DNA of 64,000 nt from Lama glama (taxonomy: Eukaryota): assembly GCA_028534125.1 (NCBI GenBank), contig CM052816.1, positions 66,900,001-66,964,000 of the forward strand, in the 5' to 3' direction. A program made the translations under genes and the position numbers. Positions 1 through 12,764 of this stretch are shown here, piece after piece. The stretch's first letter is position 1. Every line of letters begins with the position of its first letter. The notes under the pieces are model-generated. The model was not told the DNA's origin. It was given only the letters and a program-made list of their open reading frames with translations, and made no database searches.

Positions 1-254
1 TCTCTGCTAACACAAACCTATTCTGATATAATTCTGGGCTTCTCTTTGGCCTTTGGACAAGTCATTTTTACCTGTTAGTGACCTTATTTGGGTCTCTGTG
101 AAGGAGGCATCACTACTTGTCACCAACCTCACAGCATTATTAGAATTAATAAATAATGTCCCAAACAATTCTTATCCAGAGAATTCCAACCAAGAATAAC
201 ATACTGGGACCTACGTTAACAAGCCTCTTGTGAGAGGCTCAAGTCTAATGGGAG

Positions 255-410
255 GGCAGTGGACAGAGTCTGAGTCACTGTTAAGTCACTTATTAGTGAG
301 TGAACTTGGAAGAGTCCCTTAGTCTCCCTGACTTCTTACCTGGGGATTGCCCCGCCTGCTTCATAGGAATGTTATGAGGATCAGAGAGAGAAACGTTGAG
401 TGGACTTGTG
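255..410 (+). mobile_element. MIR SINE remnant
   Basis: Degenerate MIR core and tail: cacttattagtgagtgaacttggaagagtccctt...cataggaatgttatgaggatcagagag. Confidence 0.55.
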
Positions 411-2919
411 ATGAGCAGAGTGCTCTATGTTTCTATCAGTGGTGCACTTGTGCATCCTGCATCTCTATGCTGACTTCTCAGAGCACTGGTCCCAGTGCTC
501 CAAAAACGTCTGGGAAAATGTGTTCAAGCCTATGGACTATGGTACCAGAAACATAAATACCATATTAACACATATTACCAGTCTGCGCTTATTTCACTGA
601 TGTTTCCAAAAGCTCAGTAACAAAGAATTCTAGTACACATATAATCATACCTATGGTTCATATTTGTCTTCCATGCAATAAGACTGAGGCAACCTTACAG
701 CTCTTAAGCAAATGATGTGAACAAGTGTCTGAGCTAACATCTTGTCTTTGGAAAAAGCATTTCATTTATGCTTATTTTCTATTTTGATCTCTCATTCAAG
801 TCAAGGTTTCAGAGAAAAGATCAAATGGAAAATGAAAAATACCAACTCAAATTTAATGTAAAGAACTTTTAGTTTCTAGGACCAATTTTTTTAAAAAGAC
901 TATCTGCACTAAAGAATAACATTGAAGTACTAAAAGACAGGGATGAACAAGAGTAACAAAGGCCAATGGTGAGGAATTTTCAAAGCAAATTTGAAAGGGG
1001 TACAAAAACAGCTGTGTTGAGTGAAAGAGGTCCATGGAGAAGAATCTGGGTGTGCAGCTTGACAGTACTGCTGTCATTATAAAAAAATAAATACAGAATC
1101 TATAACTTCATGAAATGATGTTTGTGTTGGGTTGTATTTCTTTGATGACAGCATCATTTTAATACCCCCTAATGAATCACATTTCCTGAAATAAAATAAT
1201 ACCACAAGTAAAAACCTGATGGCTCATCTTTTGTCATGAGGAGATTTTCAGGTATTCCATCTATGCCCTCGAATTGGTGTGGTCCACATGCTTCACAGTC
1301 CGAAGCGAGTTTAAGAAGACGGGGTAATGAAATTGCTGAATTCCAATTCCCAGCTTTAATACTAATGTTCAAGAGAGTGAACTTGATTTTTACCAAAAAA
1401 TCAGAAAAAAATAGATCATATTCTTATAAAATAAAATGATTGCCTTTTGAATTAACAGATTAAAATCAGCAAGCAAATCAGAATTTTAAAATATGAGTAT
1501 GCAAGTACTCAGAAAGTTTAGGGGACCAATGTTACTGGTTTTCCAGGATTTTTGTAGCAGAAAGTCAGGCATTAAGATGCTGACTAAAAATTTCAATGTA
1601 CTTAAAAGTAACATAACAAGGAGAAATTATTCATTCCTTTAGGCATTATTATTCAGGACTTAGAGTACTATATGTTTTGTCTATTTGGGGTCTTACAACT
1701 CACAACTTACAAGTACACATAAAAACCGATTAAGGCTCCAAAAAATATAAAAACAATAAAAGAATTAGAAGATTAACCCTTTAAGTAAATATTTAAGAAA
1801 CTATAGTTACTTAGCTTGTATAAAAAAAGGACTGTCTTTATTTATTTGAATGAAGAAGAGTGACTAGAGGGTTCCATTTCCTCCAGGTCTGAAAAAGAGG
1901 AAATAAGGAAGAAAGGGAGGTTAGCTATGAGGAACTATCTGCCTCTAAATGTTCTTAAACACCAACTAAGATGACTGCAGGAAGGCATGGGCTAACTTTA
2001 CCAAGGTCCTTTACTTGCAGGAAGGAAACCATCTATCAAGAGAGTTTATCATATAAAGCCAGGCCGTGTTTTTCCTGAAATCTTTTGCCAACTGAATTTA
2101 TCCTTAAAAGAAATATGGCTCTTAATTATGCTTCTCCCACTTCTACTTTATATCCCTAAGAAGCTACTTTATACCCAAATAATCTGTGTATCAGAGGAAG
2201 ATTAAAGTTTCATTAGTCATTAATAATCTTAAATGGTCCCCCCTCTCAGGGATGAACAGTCAAAGGAAAAAAAAAAAAGTACTAGGAACGAGTCAGAAAC
2301 AAACTGTTCTCCCTGGAAGGACATTCAGTAAATTTAATCATTTCTAACGCACAGAGCAAGGCTTTGATTTCCATTTCCAGAATTCAGCTATTACTAGGAA
2401 GTTGCCTCCTGAATAAACCTTACCAACGTAGGTATTTTCAAAGGACACAGGGGCAAGTTCAAGAGAAGGAAGACTGGCATCATAATTATGTCATCCAGGC
2501 CACAGTCTATTATTTGGGATTATGAATGCCAGCTTGGTATATCAGTGCACTCCACCTACTCATATCATACCAGCCTCCATGGCAGTGTTGAACATATGGC
2601 CTTTCAGGGGAAGCTGCCTGCTCCCTCCCCAGTGCTTCCTGTGTCTCCAAAGAATATCATGTTCTTAGAAAAAAAAATTCATTCTAAAGTCCTAGTACCC
2701 CAAACAATTCAGGCTGTGTTTATAAGCCTGACACCAGAACCATTCCAAAACTAATCCAGATCTAACTTTCAGTTGGCAGGAGTCTATTTTTATGGAGGTA
2801 TAATCAGTAACTACCCAGAATATCATTCTCTCCAAATACGTCAATGAGTTCATGGATCATACATAATTGGACTGACCAAGAATCACAGTCAGAAAGATTT
2901 TGGAAGCATTCTATTGCTC

Positions 2920-2953
2920 TGTGTGTGTGTGTGCGCGTGCGCGCGCACACACA
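2920..2953. repeat. Compound (TG)n-(CG)n-(CA)n alternating purine-pyrimidine microsatellite
   Basis: tgtgtgtgtgtgtgcgcgtgcgcgcgcacacaca seen directly. Confidence 0.95.
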
Positions 2954-3629
2954 GACACTAAGAACTCAGATAACTATAAATGAGTTGTGGGACTACATGG
3001 CATGGGGCCAACAGGAGCTTTGTTTGAATGAGGGCTCATATACTGAGTGAGAGACATGTATTTATCTTTAAGACATTAGGCAACAAAGGTCAACCCTTGA
3101 CCTTCCAGAGAGAATACTAGAGGGAACAGATATATACTCTAGTTATAGAGAATCAAGGACCACAAGCTTTGTCTGATACTTACTGGAGGTGGAAGAGGGG
3201 GGACAGGAGGTAGGGATAGTTAGGAGAATCAGCAAATAGAAATGATTAGATGTGCTGTCAGTGAACTGATACTTCTCTCCTTGACTTCCAACAGGGAGGT
3301 GACAAGCTACGAACTAAAAAAGCCTAACACATAGAAAAAGAGCTATACTTCTAAGGGTGAGATAAAATCTAAGGATAGGTGAGAAGATGTTATGAAAGAC
3401 CCATCACTGGTAATAGATCATAACCTCAGTCAAGCGATTGCTGGACAGAAGCAGAAGAACCTTGCCTCAGCGTAACAGGAGAAAGTAACCCAGGGATGAG
3501 GTCTGAGCAGGTCAAAGCTTGGTAGTGCAATATACAATGATGGCCTTGAAGAGTTAGCAATGAACTTTCAGAGCACACTTATCACGTTCCTGGGTGTTTG
3601 CACTCTGCAAAGAAGAAAAGTTATTTAAC

Positions 3630-3850
3630 TTGCTATGAAATTTTTCAAATTTACATGAGATTCGAGAAAATTGTGTAATAAATTTCCTGCTATATCTATT
3701 GCTCCCATCCCTTCACACACCCTGGATTTTGAAGCAAATCCCAAACATATCATCCTTTCATCTATAAATACTTCAGTATATATCTAAGAAAAATAAGATT
3801 TAAAAAAATTTTTTAATATTAACATTTAATATTACATTTTAAAATAATAC
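3630..3850 (-). mobile_element. Old L1 (L1MC/L1ME-type) 3' UTR remnant
   Basis: gattttgaagcaaatcccaaacatatcatcctttcatctataaatacttcagtatatatct resembles the antisense 3' end of old L1MC/ME families. Confidence 0.5.
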
Positions 3851-4425
3851 TAATAATTAAAGAAAGGAATTTTGAGGTCAGTGAAATTAAGCTTCCAGTA
3901 AATTTCTGGAAAGGACTGGGCCAGATTATGAAATATGACCACAGTATGACCTTTTTTTATCCCAGGTTAATGGAGCCTGGCAGTGAGAGTAAAGGAAGAC
4001 TTAGAGGACTCAGGTGTTTGATTTAGGTACCCTGTTCTGAGAATGCATTAGCAGAAATGGAATGAATTTATCTTCTATCAAGAAGAAATAACATCCCTTG
4101 GTTTTCTACATGTAAAGGGAAACCAATTTCAGTTTTTGCTTTAGTAGAGGACTTTTTCTATTGGCCCAGTGAGAAATAGAGACTGAGAGATAAGCAAAGA
4201 CTATATTGCTGTTAGCTATAAAATAATGATAGGTGTAACCAGCAACTATGTTTCTGCATATGAGTGCAATCCTCTGTAATAAGCTGAGTATGAAATACTA
4301 AAAAAAAGTGGTCCCAAAGGATCACTTAGCTATGCTCATGTTTCAGGACCTGTCATACCTGGTAAGTCTATGGTTCTATTAGGCAGAATGTAATAAAGTT
4401 CAGACCCACAAGAAGTTAACCCAGC

Positions 4426-4725
4426 TGTATTAGTTGGCTTGAGCCACATAACAAAATACCACAGACTGGGTAACTTAAACACAAAAATTAATTTTCTCAC
4501 AGTTCTGGAGGCTGGAAGTCCAAGATCACTGTGTTGGCAGGTTGGTTTCTGGTGAGACCACTCTCCTTGGCTTGCAGATGACCACCTTCTCACCCTCACA
4601 AGACCCTTTCTCTTTGGATATGCATTCTTGCTGTCTCTTTCTCTTCTAATTGAAGACATCAGTCCTAAGGGATTAGGGCCCCATCCTTATGACCTCATTT
4701 AACCCTAATTACTTCCTTAAAGGTT
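4426..4725 (-). mobile_element. MaLR LTR (MLT1/MST-like)
   Basis: tgtattagtt...ataacaaaataccacagactgggtaacttaaac...tctcacagttctggaggctggaagtccaagatc...gacctcatttaaccctaattac, hallmark MLT1 motifs. Confidence 0.85.
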
Positions 4726-4754
4726 CTAGGGGTTCTAGAGGGTTGTGGGACCCA

Positions 4755-4950
4755 ATTGCCAAGGTTGGTTCTGGGCTCTATCTCTTACCGTGACCTTGGG
4801 GAAATTATTTAGTCTGTCCTTTGTTTCATTTTTATCTATAAAGCAGGGATGATAATAATATTACCTACTTCATTGGGTTGTTTTAAGGATTAAACAAGAT
4901 AATATATGTATAGCATCTAAAACTGTGCCTGCAGATAATGAGCATGGTAT
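4755..4950 (+). mobile_element. MIR SINE
   Basis: gtgaccttggggaaattattt...tttttatctataaagcagggatgataataatattacctacttcattgggttgttttaaggattaaacaagataatatatg. Confidence 0.8.
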
Positions 4951-5453
4951 GTATTATGATGTCACCATCATACCATCTTATAGTTATACTTGACAATCTT
5001 CAAAGCCTTTTAACATTACATGAAATCAAGTTACTTGGTTTTCACCAATCCCCTGGAAGTAGATAGGAAAATGATAATTATCTTATGGATAAGAAAAACT
5101 AAGGCTCAAAGAATCTACTAGGTACCCCAAAGCTATATCTAAAGCTCTGTTTCAAACAGTCCTGTCTCAGTATTCTTCAAAGTATAAACTATCAGAAGGG
5201 CTTCAGAAGACTAGCCAGGTGGGCCTGCTATAGGCTTTACCATGATTTAGGCAGTTCAGTAATCTTAGAGAAAATATTCTTTCCTTCTGGTGTTGTTTAA
5301 TAGCCAGTCAGTATCACTTAATAGATCCTAGTGGGTACCACCAGTGTGATGGCCACTTATCTACCCCATGGCTACCATTCTCATTTGTCCTGCTTCACTG
5401 CTTTTGCAAGGGCTCTAATTGGCTCCCCCTCCCTTTTCTAACAGTAAGATTGT

Positions 5454-5467
5454 GTTGCCCTGGAAAC
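5454..5467. promoter_or_regulatory. RFX X-box motif
   Basis: GTTGCCCTGGAAAC matches the palindromic RFX consensus GTTRCC-NN-GGYAAC closely; lies in apparently unique sequence. Function is not shown. Confidence 0.4.
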
Positions 5468-7120
5468 AGATTGACTAAAAGACTACAAGAGTCCTCCGTG
5501 TTCCAACCAAAGGACTTACATAATTTAAATAATTCTACACATTTTAAAAAATGAGATCACCTTTGTAACTGTAACAGAAGCAAACCAATTTTAAGCCAGT
5601 TTACTCACAGATATCTACTTCCTACTATGTCTGTTTTCCAAACATTTTAAATGTTCTGCTGCTTTTATTCTCATTGCAAAAGGGAATTTTTTCCATTTAA
5701 TGATTTATTATTAAGGTTTCTTATTCTATATTATTTTAAAAAATTGAGCCAAGGGCCTTTGGTCAATAATCTATCTAAATTAAGTGAAGCAAAGACTTAT
5801 ACCAGAAGTTAAAATGCATACCTGTCCTTAATCATTCAATGCTGTAACTGCTCTGGCAATATAATATGTCCCTTGGCTTCCTAAGAAAATACTACAGTAT
5901 AGCAGTGGTAATTGTATCTTTAATGTTTATTGTAAGTTTTTCACTTTACCTCAACAAAATTTCATGAGTTGATAGGCTGGCATTAATTTACACAGCTCTT
6001 TGAACATCTTTCAAATATTCATGATGGAAAATTAATGGGAATTAAAAATATTATCTTGAAGAAATAGTTAGGGTTTCCACTTAATTTAAGTATGTTTACA
6101 GTTCCCAGGAATGGCAGAAATGCAATACACTTTTCACCTGAGTTTGCAATTTGACTGAACTATTCATCTCTTAAGCACAACACTGCAGTCATTGGAACTT
6201 CAACTTAAGTGCCAGCACACTGGGAAATCCTATAGAACTTGGTGTAGATAGATATCTAGATTTAATGTGCTGCAGGTACAACCTGCAGTGTTGAATCAAA
6301 TATGTTTCTGGGATAACCAAATTCTAAACAATCCATTATGGCCAAATCTAATACCAACTCCAGCCAACATGTTTGCTTGAACATTTCTCTTTTCCAATAG
6401 GGCTGAGAAAAAGAAAAGAATAAAAATGGAAATCATCAGAAGCTAAAAGACAGATATTGAATATCTGAAGATAGCTTTAGAAAAAAGCCAAAAACCAAAT
6501 AATAAATGTACTCTTACTTGGAGTCAAATGGGCAATCATATTTTCAGGACAATAAGAGAGAATGAATCATTTTGTAAACATAACCATCTTTCTGAAGGAC
6601 TTCTCTTTAAAATTCGACAAACAGGAAATGTTGAATTATTAACATGAGCTATTAGCAGCAAGAAACACCAAGGTTATTACTGCTTTGATTATGAAGAATC
6701 AACTCTAACTCTTCCAAGCTGAAACTTTTTATTAAGAAAATATTTTCTCTGGTTCATACTTTTTCATCCTATTTAATGGCAGAAGAGCATAGCAAAGTAA
6801 ATTAGTGGTAAATTAGCTTCCTCCTTAAACAGTATCTCCCAACAAGAATTTCCATGATCATGAGTGTACCATCTTATCTATATGGTTATTTTATCTTTGA
6901 TGCTGTTTTAAAACCAAGATATCAGGTTAATCTCATTAAAATGATCAGAAACATGTTTGTCATTTTCACAAGCAATGGAAACATTTAGTTTTGTGGAAAA
7001 CCCATGAGCAGATGCAAATAATGAGTATGTATAGCTGGGTTTCATATTTCTTTGTCCTTCACTGAGCCTCTTGATAATTTTGCTTGAGTTTATGTTTTCT
7101 GACTTGAAATAGGAAATAGC

Positions 7121-8453
7121 TACATTTAACCAAGGAAAACTGAAAACTATAACAATGATGAAAGAAATTGAAGAGATACAAATAAATGGAAGATAGCCAA
7201 TGTTCATGGACATACTTCCCATAGATAGACTCAATACAATCCTTATCAAAATTCCATTTTGGAACTGGAAGAGTTCCAAAATGGAAAAAGGAAAAAATCC
7301 AGTTTTTATCTCTTTCTGTGAAAAATGTCCTTTTTTACAGAAATAGAAAGAAACCATCCTAAAATTTTTGTGGAACCACAAAAGATCCCAAGTAACCAAA
7401 ACAATCTTGAGAAAGAAAAACAAAGCTGGAGGCATCACATTTCCTGATTTCAAAGCTATCATAATCAAACAGTGTAATTCTAGCATAAAAACAGACACAA
7501 TGGAACAGAATCAAGAGTCCAGAAAAAACGCATATATGATCAACTAGAGAGTGTAGAATACTCAATGGGGAAAGAATATTCTTTTCAATAAGCAATGATG
7601 GGAAAACTTAATATTCACATGCAAAAGAGGAAACTGGACCCCTGTCTTAAACCACCCATAAAAATTAACTTGAAGTGGATTAAAGACTTTACTGTTAGAT
7701 CTAAAACCATAAAACTCCCTCGAAGAAAATATAGGAAAAAAAACTCCCTGACATTGGTCTTGGCAATGACTTTTTTGGAGATGACGCCAAAAGCACAAGA
7801 AACAAAAGCAAATATAAATAAGTAGGACTACTTAAAACTAAAAAGATTTTGCACAGTGAAAGACACAATCCAAAAAATGAAAAGACAACCTATGAAATGG
7901 GAGAAAATATTTGCAAACTATGTATCAGAAAATGGGCTAATATCCCAAATACTTCAGGAATTCATACAACTCAATATCAAAGAGACTAGTAACCATTTTT
8001 AAAAAGGGCAGAAGGCCTGAAAAGACATTTTTCCAAAGACATGTAAGTGGCTAACAGGTACATAAAAAGATGCTCAGCATCACTAATCAGTTGGGAAATG
8101 CAAATTAAAAGCACAATGAGATATCACTTCACATCAGTTGGGATGACTATTATCAAAAAGACAAGTAGCAAGTGTTGCCAAGGATGTAGAAAAAAGAGAA
8201 CCCTTGTACACTGCTGGTAAAAATGTAAACTGATACAGCCACTGTGGAAAATAGTATGGAGTTTCCTCAAAAAATTAAAATAGAACTACCACATGATCAG
8301 CAATCCCACTTATGGGTATAAATCTGAAGGAAATAAAATCTCTGTGTCAAAGAGATATATGTACCACGCAGTTCACTTCAACATTATCCACAATAGCCAA
8401 GACATGGAAACAACTGAGGTGTCCATCAACAGATGAATGGATAAGTAAAATGA

Positions 8454-8492
<39 letters not shown>

Positions 8493-8990
8493 GCAATGAA
8501 ATATTATTAGCTATAAAAAGTAGAAAACCCTGCCACTTGATGGTATTATGCTAAGTGAAATAAGTCAGACAGAGAAAGACAAATACTGGATGATCTCACT
8601 TATATGTGGAATCTTAAAAAAAAAAAAATCTGAACGTAGAGGAACATAAAGTAGAACAGTGGTTACCCAGAGCAAGGGGGAAAGAGAAATTGAGGGATGT
8701 TGGTCAAAGAGGACAAACTTCTAGTTATGAGATGAGTATGTTCTGGGCATCTAATATACAGCACAGTGACTATAGTTAACAATACTGTATTATATACTTG
8801 AAAGTTGCAGAGAGTAGATCTGTAGATCTTAAATGTTCTCACTACAAGAAGAAACATAGTAGTTATATGAGGTGATGTAACCTTATTGTAGTAATCGTTT
8901 CACAATATACATGTGTATCAAATCATTATGTTGTACTTAACCTTACACATGTCAATTATTATATCTAAATAAAGCTGGGTAGAAAAAAAA
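7121..8990 (+). mobile_element. L1 (L1MA-like) 5'-truncated relic: degenerate ORF2 C-terminal part, 3' UTR and A tail
   Basis: ORF fragments 7595-7825 (KLDPCLKPPIKINLKWIKDFTVRSKTIK) and 8312-8554 (GINLKEIKSLCQRDICT...TIAKTWKQLRCPSTDEWISKM) match L1 ORF2 C-terminal motifs; 3' UTR ends aaataaagctgggtagaaaaaaaa; many frameshifts. Confidence 0.95.
8454..8493. repeat. (CT)n(CA)n microsatellite inside L1
   Basis: ctctctctctctctcacacacacacacac seen directly. Confidence 0.95.
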
Positions 8991-9014
8991 AGTTGTTTTT
9001 CAAGAGGTATGTAT

Positions 9015-9455
9015 TTCTTTGCTAAAGATGGATCCCAGGGGCCTAGGTGGTGGTTTATATTGAAGATAATTCCAGCAGAGAAGTAGAAGAGTGAGACAGG
9101 AAGAAAAAAGCAGGTAACAAAGGATATTTTACAAAGCAAGTTTCCACTGTTGGTAACTAGAGGTTAATCCTTCTAGAAAAGACTGTGAGCTGGTGTAAAA
9201 TAACACACCTTGAATTTCTCTCACCTGAGGGTGATGGAGCTGGGTTATTTGTATACCAGTCCGTCAGTCACCAACAGAAGGCTGTTTCCCAGCAAGACAT
9301 TAATTAATTCTCAACCCTTCCCAGTCTAGCCTGTGGCAGCAAAGTGAGCTCTAGAATGCAGAAAAAGCCCTGAGGCAGAGAAATGCATCTGAATTTGGTC
9401 AGACTGCACTGAACAGGTAAAGGTGAGGGGATGTGGGGAGAAGACCAACGTGTCT
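9015..9455 (-). mobile_element. ERVL LTR (LTR16-like)
   Basis: gagtgagacaggaaga...caagtttccactgttggtaactagaggttaatcc...gatggagctgggttatttgtataccag...tcagtcac resembles LTR16 family antisense motifs. Confidence 0.6.
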
Positions 9456-9470
9456 AATCAAGTGCCTCTT

Positions 9471-9846
9471 TTATTTCCATTTTAAAGTTTTTTTTTAATT
9501 GAAGTATGTTTGATATACATTATGTATATAAATTACCAGTGCACAGTAGAGTGATTCACAATTTTTTAAGGCTGTACTCTATTTACAATTATCATAAAAC
9601 ATTGGCTCTATTCCCCACGTGGTACAAAATATCCTTGTAGTTTGCTTTATACCTAATAGTTTGGACCTCATAATCCCCTACCCCTATATCGCCCCTTCCC
9701 CCTTCCCTCTCCCCACTGGTAACCACTGGTTTTTTTCTCTGTATCTGTGAGTCTGCTTCTTTTTTGTTCTGTTCACTAGTTTGTTGTATGTTTTAGATTT
9801 AACATATAAGTGATATCATAGGAGGGCATTATGCAAAGTGAAATAA
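9471..9846 (-). mobile_element. Cetartiodactyl-type L1 3' end with inverted 5' segment
   Basis: T-rich tail then ttaattgaagtat...ccccactggtaaccact...ttttagatttaacatataagtgatatcata (antisense), followed by sense-oriented ggagggcattatgcaaagtgaaataa; flanked by aatc(a/t)agtgcct(c/t)t repeats. Confidence 0.85.
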
Positions 9847-11387
9847 TCTAGTGCCTTTTCTTATTCACACCTTTGAAATCATTCTCTGGCTATGTCTCTC
9901 TAGAGAGAGTCACTCCAGTTTCTTCAGATTATGACATTTGGTATCACTCAATGCCTCATGGAAAGGATAGTTTTTTTCCTTTAAAGTTTGACATAAACTA
10001 ATAGATAATCTAAAACGGCACTTCGTAAGCAGAGATAGGAGAAGCCTCGGATCAGAATCACAAATAAGATTTTCCAAACCACATGCTACCCCTCACAACC
10101 CTCTTTTGAAAGTAATTTGCACCCTCTCTACCTAGGGAAGCAATGCTCCGTGTTAAATAAAAGAAGTTGTTGCATATGTTAGGCAGGTTCAGTTAGAAAG
10201 AAAATAAAAATCGTTAAAGGGCTCAAATGTAAACAGTCTCACAGCTCTATCCTTAGTGCTGAGCAGGGAATATGATTTTTGAGTCATTTCAATTCTATTA
10301 TAATAACCTTGACATTGTAACAAGTTTCAACTAAAGTAGACATTCTGCTCATTGGTATGGCATAAGCTACCATTCTAAGCAAATTTTTTCTTCATCAAAA
10401 GAAATACTTTATTATATATAAATGGAGCAAGGTTGATAGCCTACATATAAAGCCATGATTTATTTCCAGAGAAATAAGTATAGTTCTGAGGGCAATAGTC
10501 AATAATTAAAGGATATTAGCAACTTAGTTTGGCATTTTGTTTCCATGGTGTTGTCATGGTCTTGAAAACTCTATAAAGTTCAAGCATCGGATACAGAAAA
10601 ACACAACAATTCCTAGTATTAAGTTAAAATTTTACTCCACTTTCTGTATTGAACTTCCTAAAATACTCATTTGATTCTATGTCTATTCAACAGGGGTAAG
10701 GGTGTTTGTTAAATGTTTTAAATTTTACTTTCTGACAAGCACATGCATAAATAAACAGGCACATCAAAGACTCATATCCAGCCAAGTGCAAATGTTCTGC
10801 TATTCACTGCAGAGAAATGACTTTAAGTGGGAGATCAGATGGCTGTAAGTCCAAAATATAAGACAAGATGGGGGAACAGAAAAAATCAGTTTTAAAATGC
10901 TTCTATTACTGAGCCATTCAGTACCTAGAATTAAGCAGAATTATCAAAAACTTCTAAACTCTCACTTTTATTGGGATAGATTATACTAGAAATTCTTGCC
11001 TAACAATATCCTTCCTTGGGACAGACAAGCAATCATTTTGGCAGAAAGTCATGGTGATGGCAGATGACATCCTGCTGCCCAAGACACCAGGCTCCCATTC
11101 CGTGCGAACTTTGAAGAAGTCAGTGCTTTCCAGTTACAAATCTCACTGGGAGAGTTCCATCATGCCAGATATAGAAACATCTTGGGAAATCCTAGTCTCA
11201 AAATACTTTCTAGTGTATTATTTTTATTTTTGGCTACTCTTAAAACAAACAAGGGAAAAATAATATTATGGTAAGGAAAAGGAGAAATAAAGTGATTATT
11301 AGGATAAATTTAGGTTCAGTGCAAACTTTTTCTTCATCAATAAAAGCACCATCAATCAATATGAGTAGATAATTTCATAAGGCGCAT

Positions 11388-11415
11388 ATGTGTTTGTGTG
11401 TGTGTGTGTGTGTGT
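11388..11415. repeat. (TG)n microsatellite
   Basis: Seen directly. Confidence 0.95.
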
Positions 11416-11489
11416 ATAAACAAAGATGCCTTCTTGCATACAAAGTTTGCATATAACAATTTTACCAGCTAAAATTATTTGTCCTATCA

Positions 11490-11904
11490 TGTATTCATTC
11501 TCTATTGCTATTGTAACAAATTGCCACAAATTTCATGGCTTAAAACAACAAATTTATGGTATAGGTGATAAGAAGTCCAAAATCAATCTCACTCGGCTAA
11601 AATCAGGGTGTCATAGGACTGATTTCCTTCTGGAGGTTTTAGGGGAGAATTTGTTCCTCCATCTTCAGAGTCAGAGGGCAGCATCTTCCAGTCTTTCTCT
11701 CTAACTTTGACGTAACTTGACTGCAGTCCTGTAATTACCCTTGTGACAACATACTGATAATCCAGTAAAATCTTCTCATCTCAAAAATTTTAATTTAATG
11801 ACATTCACAAAGTCCCTTTTGCTATGTCACTTAACATGTTCTTCTCAGGTTCCAAAAATTAGGACGTGGCCATCTTTGGAGGCACCATTATTCTGTCTAC
11901 CACA
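11490..11904 (-). mobile_element. MaLR LTR (MLT1D-like)
   Basis: TG...CA termini; tgtaacaaattgccacaaatttcatggcttaaaacaac...ggacgtggccatctttggaggcaccattattctgtctaccaca. Confidence 0.85.
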
Positions 11905-12764
11905 CACAGATGCTACAAAGAGGAAAGGAATTAAGCCAATGTTTAAACAGCCACTATTCCTGCTCTGGTAACCAAAGGACTCAAAATGTAAAATAGAAAT
12001 AGTAATAACAACAATAGTAATTGTCATTTATAAAGTGGCTAATAGACTGCAGTCATTTTACAATGTCTTATCATTACAAAACCATCTTAGAGTAATTATA
12101 ACACTCTTGTCACAGGTGAAAACCTTAAGTACAGTGAAGCATCACAGATCTAGTAACTTTAGGCTAGGATTTTAAAGTAAACCAGACCACACTTTAGTCT
12201 GAGTCTTTTCAGCTCCTAAGTCAGGCTCCTTTCTGCAGTTCCTGGTGTGTTTATATGCAGTTTTTCACTCTACAATGACATGGCAGAGAGGATCATAGCC
12301 TGCCTTTTCACTGTGTGGACAAAGAACTTGTCAGGCATTGCTCACATCTACTATGAAATGCTGTTTTGACTTCATAGCTGCAGTCTGCTCTCTAACCCTG
12401 CACTGCCTGGAAACGGCCATGATTTGTATGCCTTCTCTAACAATGTCCCTGTTTCTAATGTGAATGGAGAGGCACAGGGAAGCCATGTTGAATATAGGGA
12501 AGGCATAGTTTGCTCTTAATGGACCTTAAATGTAGGTCACATGTCCAAAATATGAGCTAGTCCACACTTAAACTTAAGGAAGACTGGTACGTGCAAATAT
12601 TCATTCACATAAAAGCTCTGAGTTTTGGATCTGAGAGCCTGATTTTAAGTCTTGCCTTTGTCACTTTGTCATTCACTTTCTTTTTGACTCTGGGTGAAGT
12701 CCTAATTTTTCAAGTGAGGGTATATTATTATAGTGAAGGTTAAATGAATGTAGGTTTTGAAACT

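Noticed and set aside
1811..1888. Strong minus-strand acceptor near 1889
   Set aside because: Stops in all three frames and only a weak donor; no evidence of use.
6281..6402. Strong minus-strand acceptor with an open frame (PYWKREMFKQ...)
   Set aside because: No good donor and no recognisable peptide.
6908..7498. Longest ORF in the track (196 aa, minus strand)
   Set aside because: Mostly an antisense reading of the decayed L1 ORF2 region running into flanking DNA; no protein-like features.
7595..8554. ORFs with real protein similarity (7595-7825, 8312-8554)
   Set aside because: Frameshifted L1 ORF2 remnants, not a host gene.
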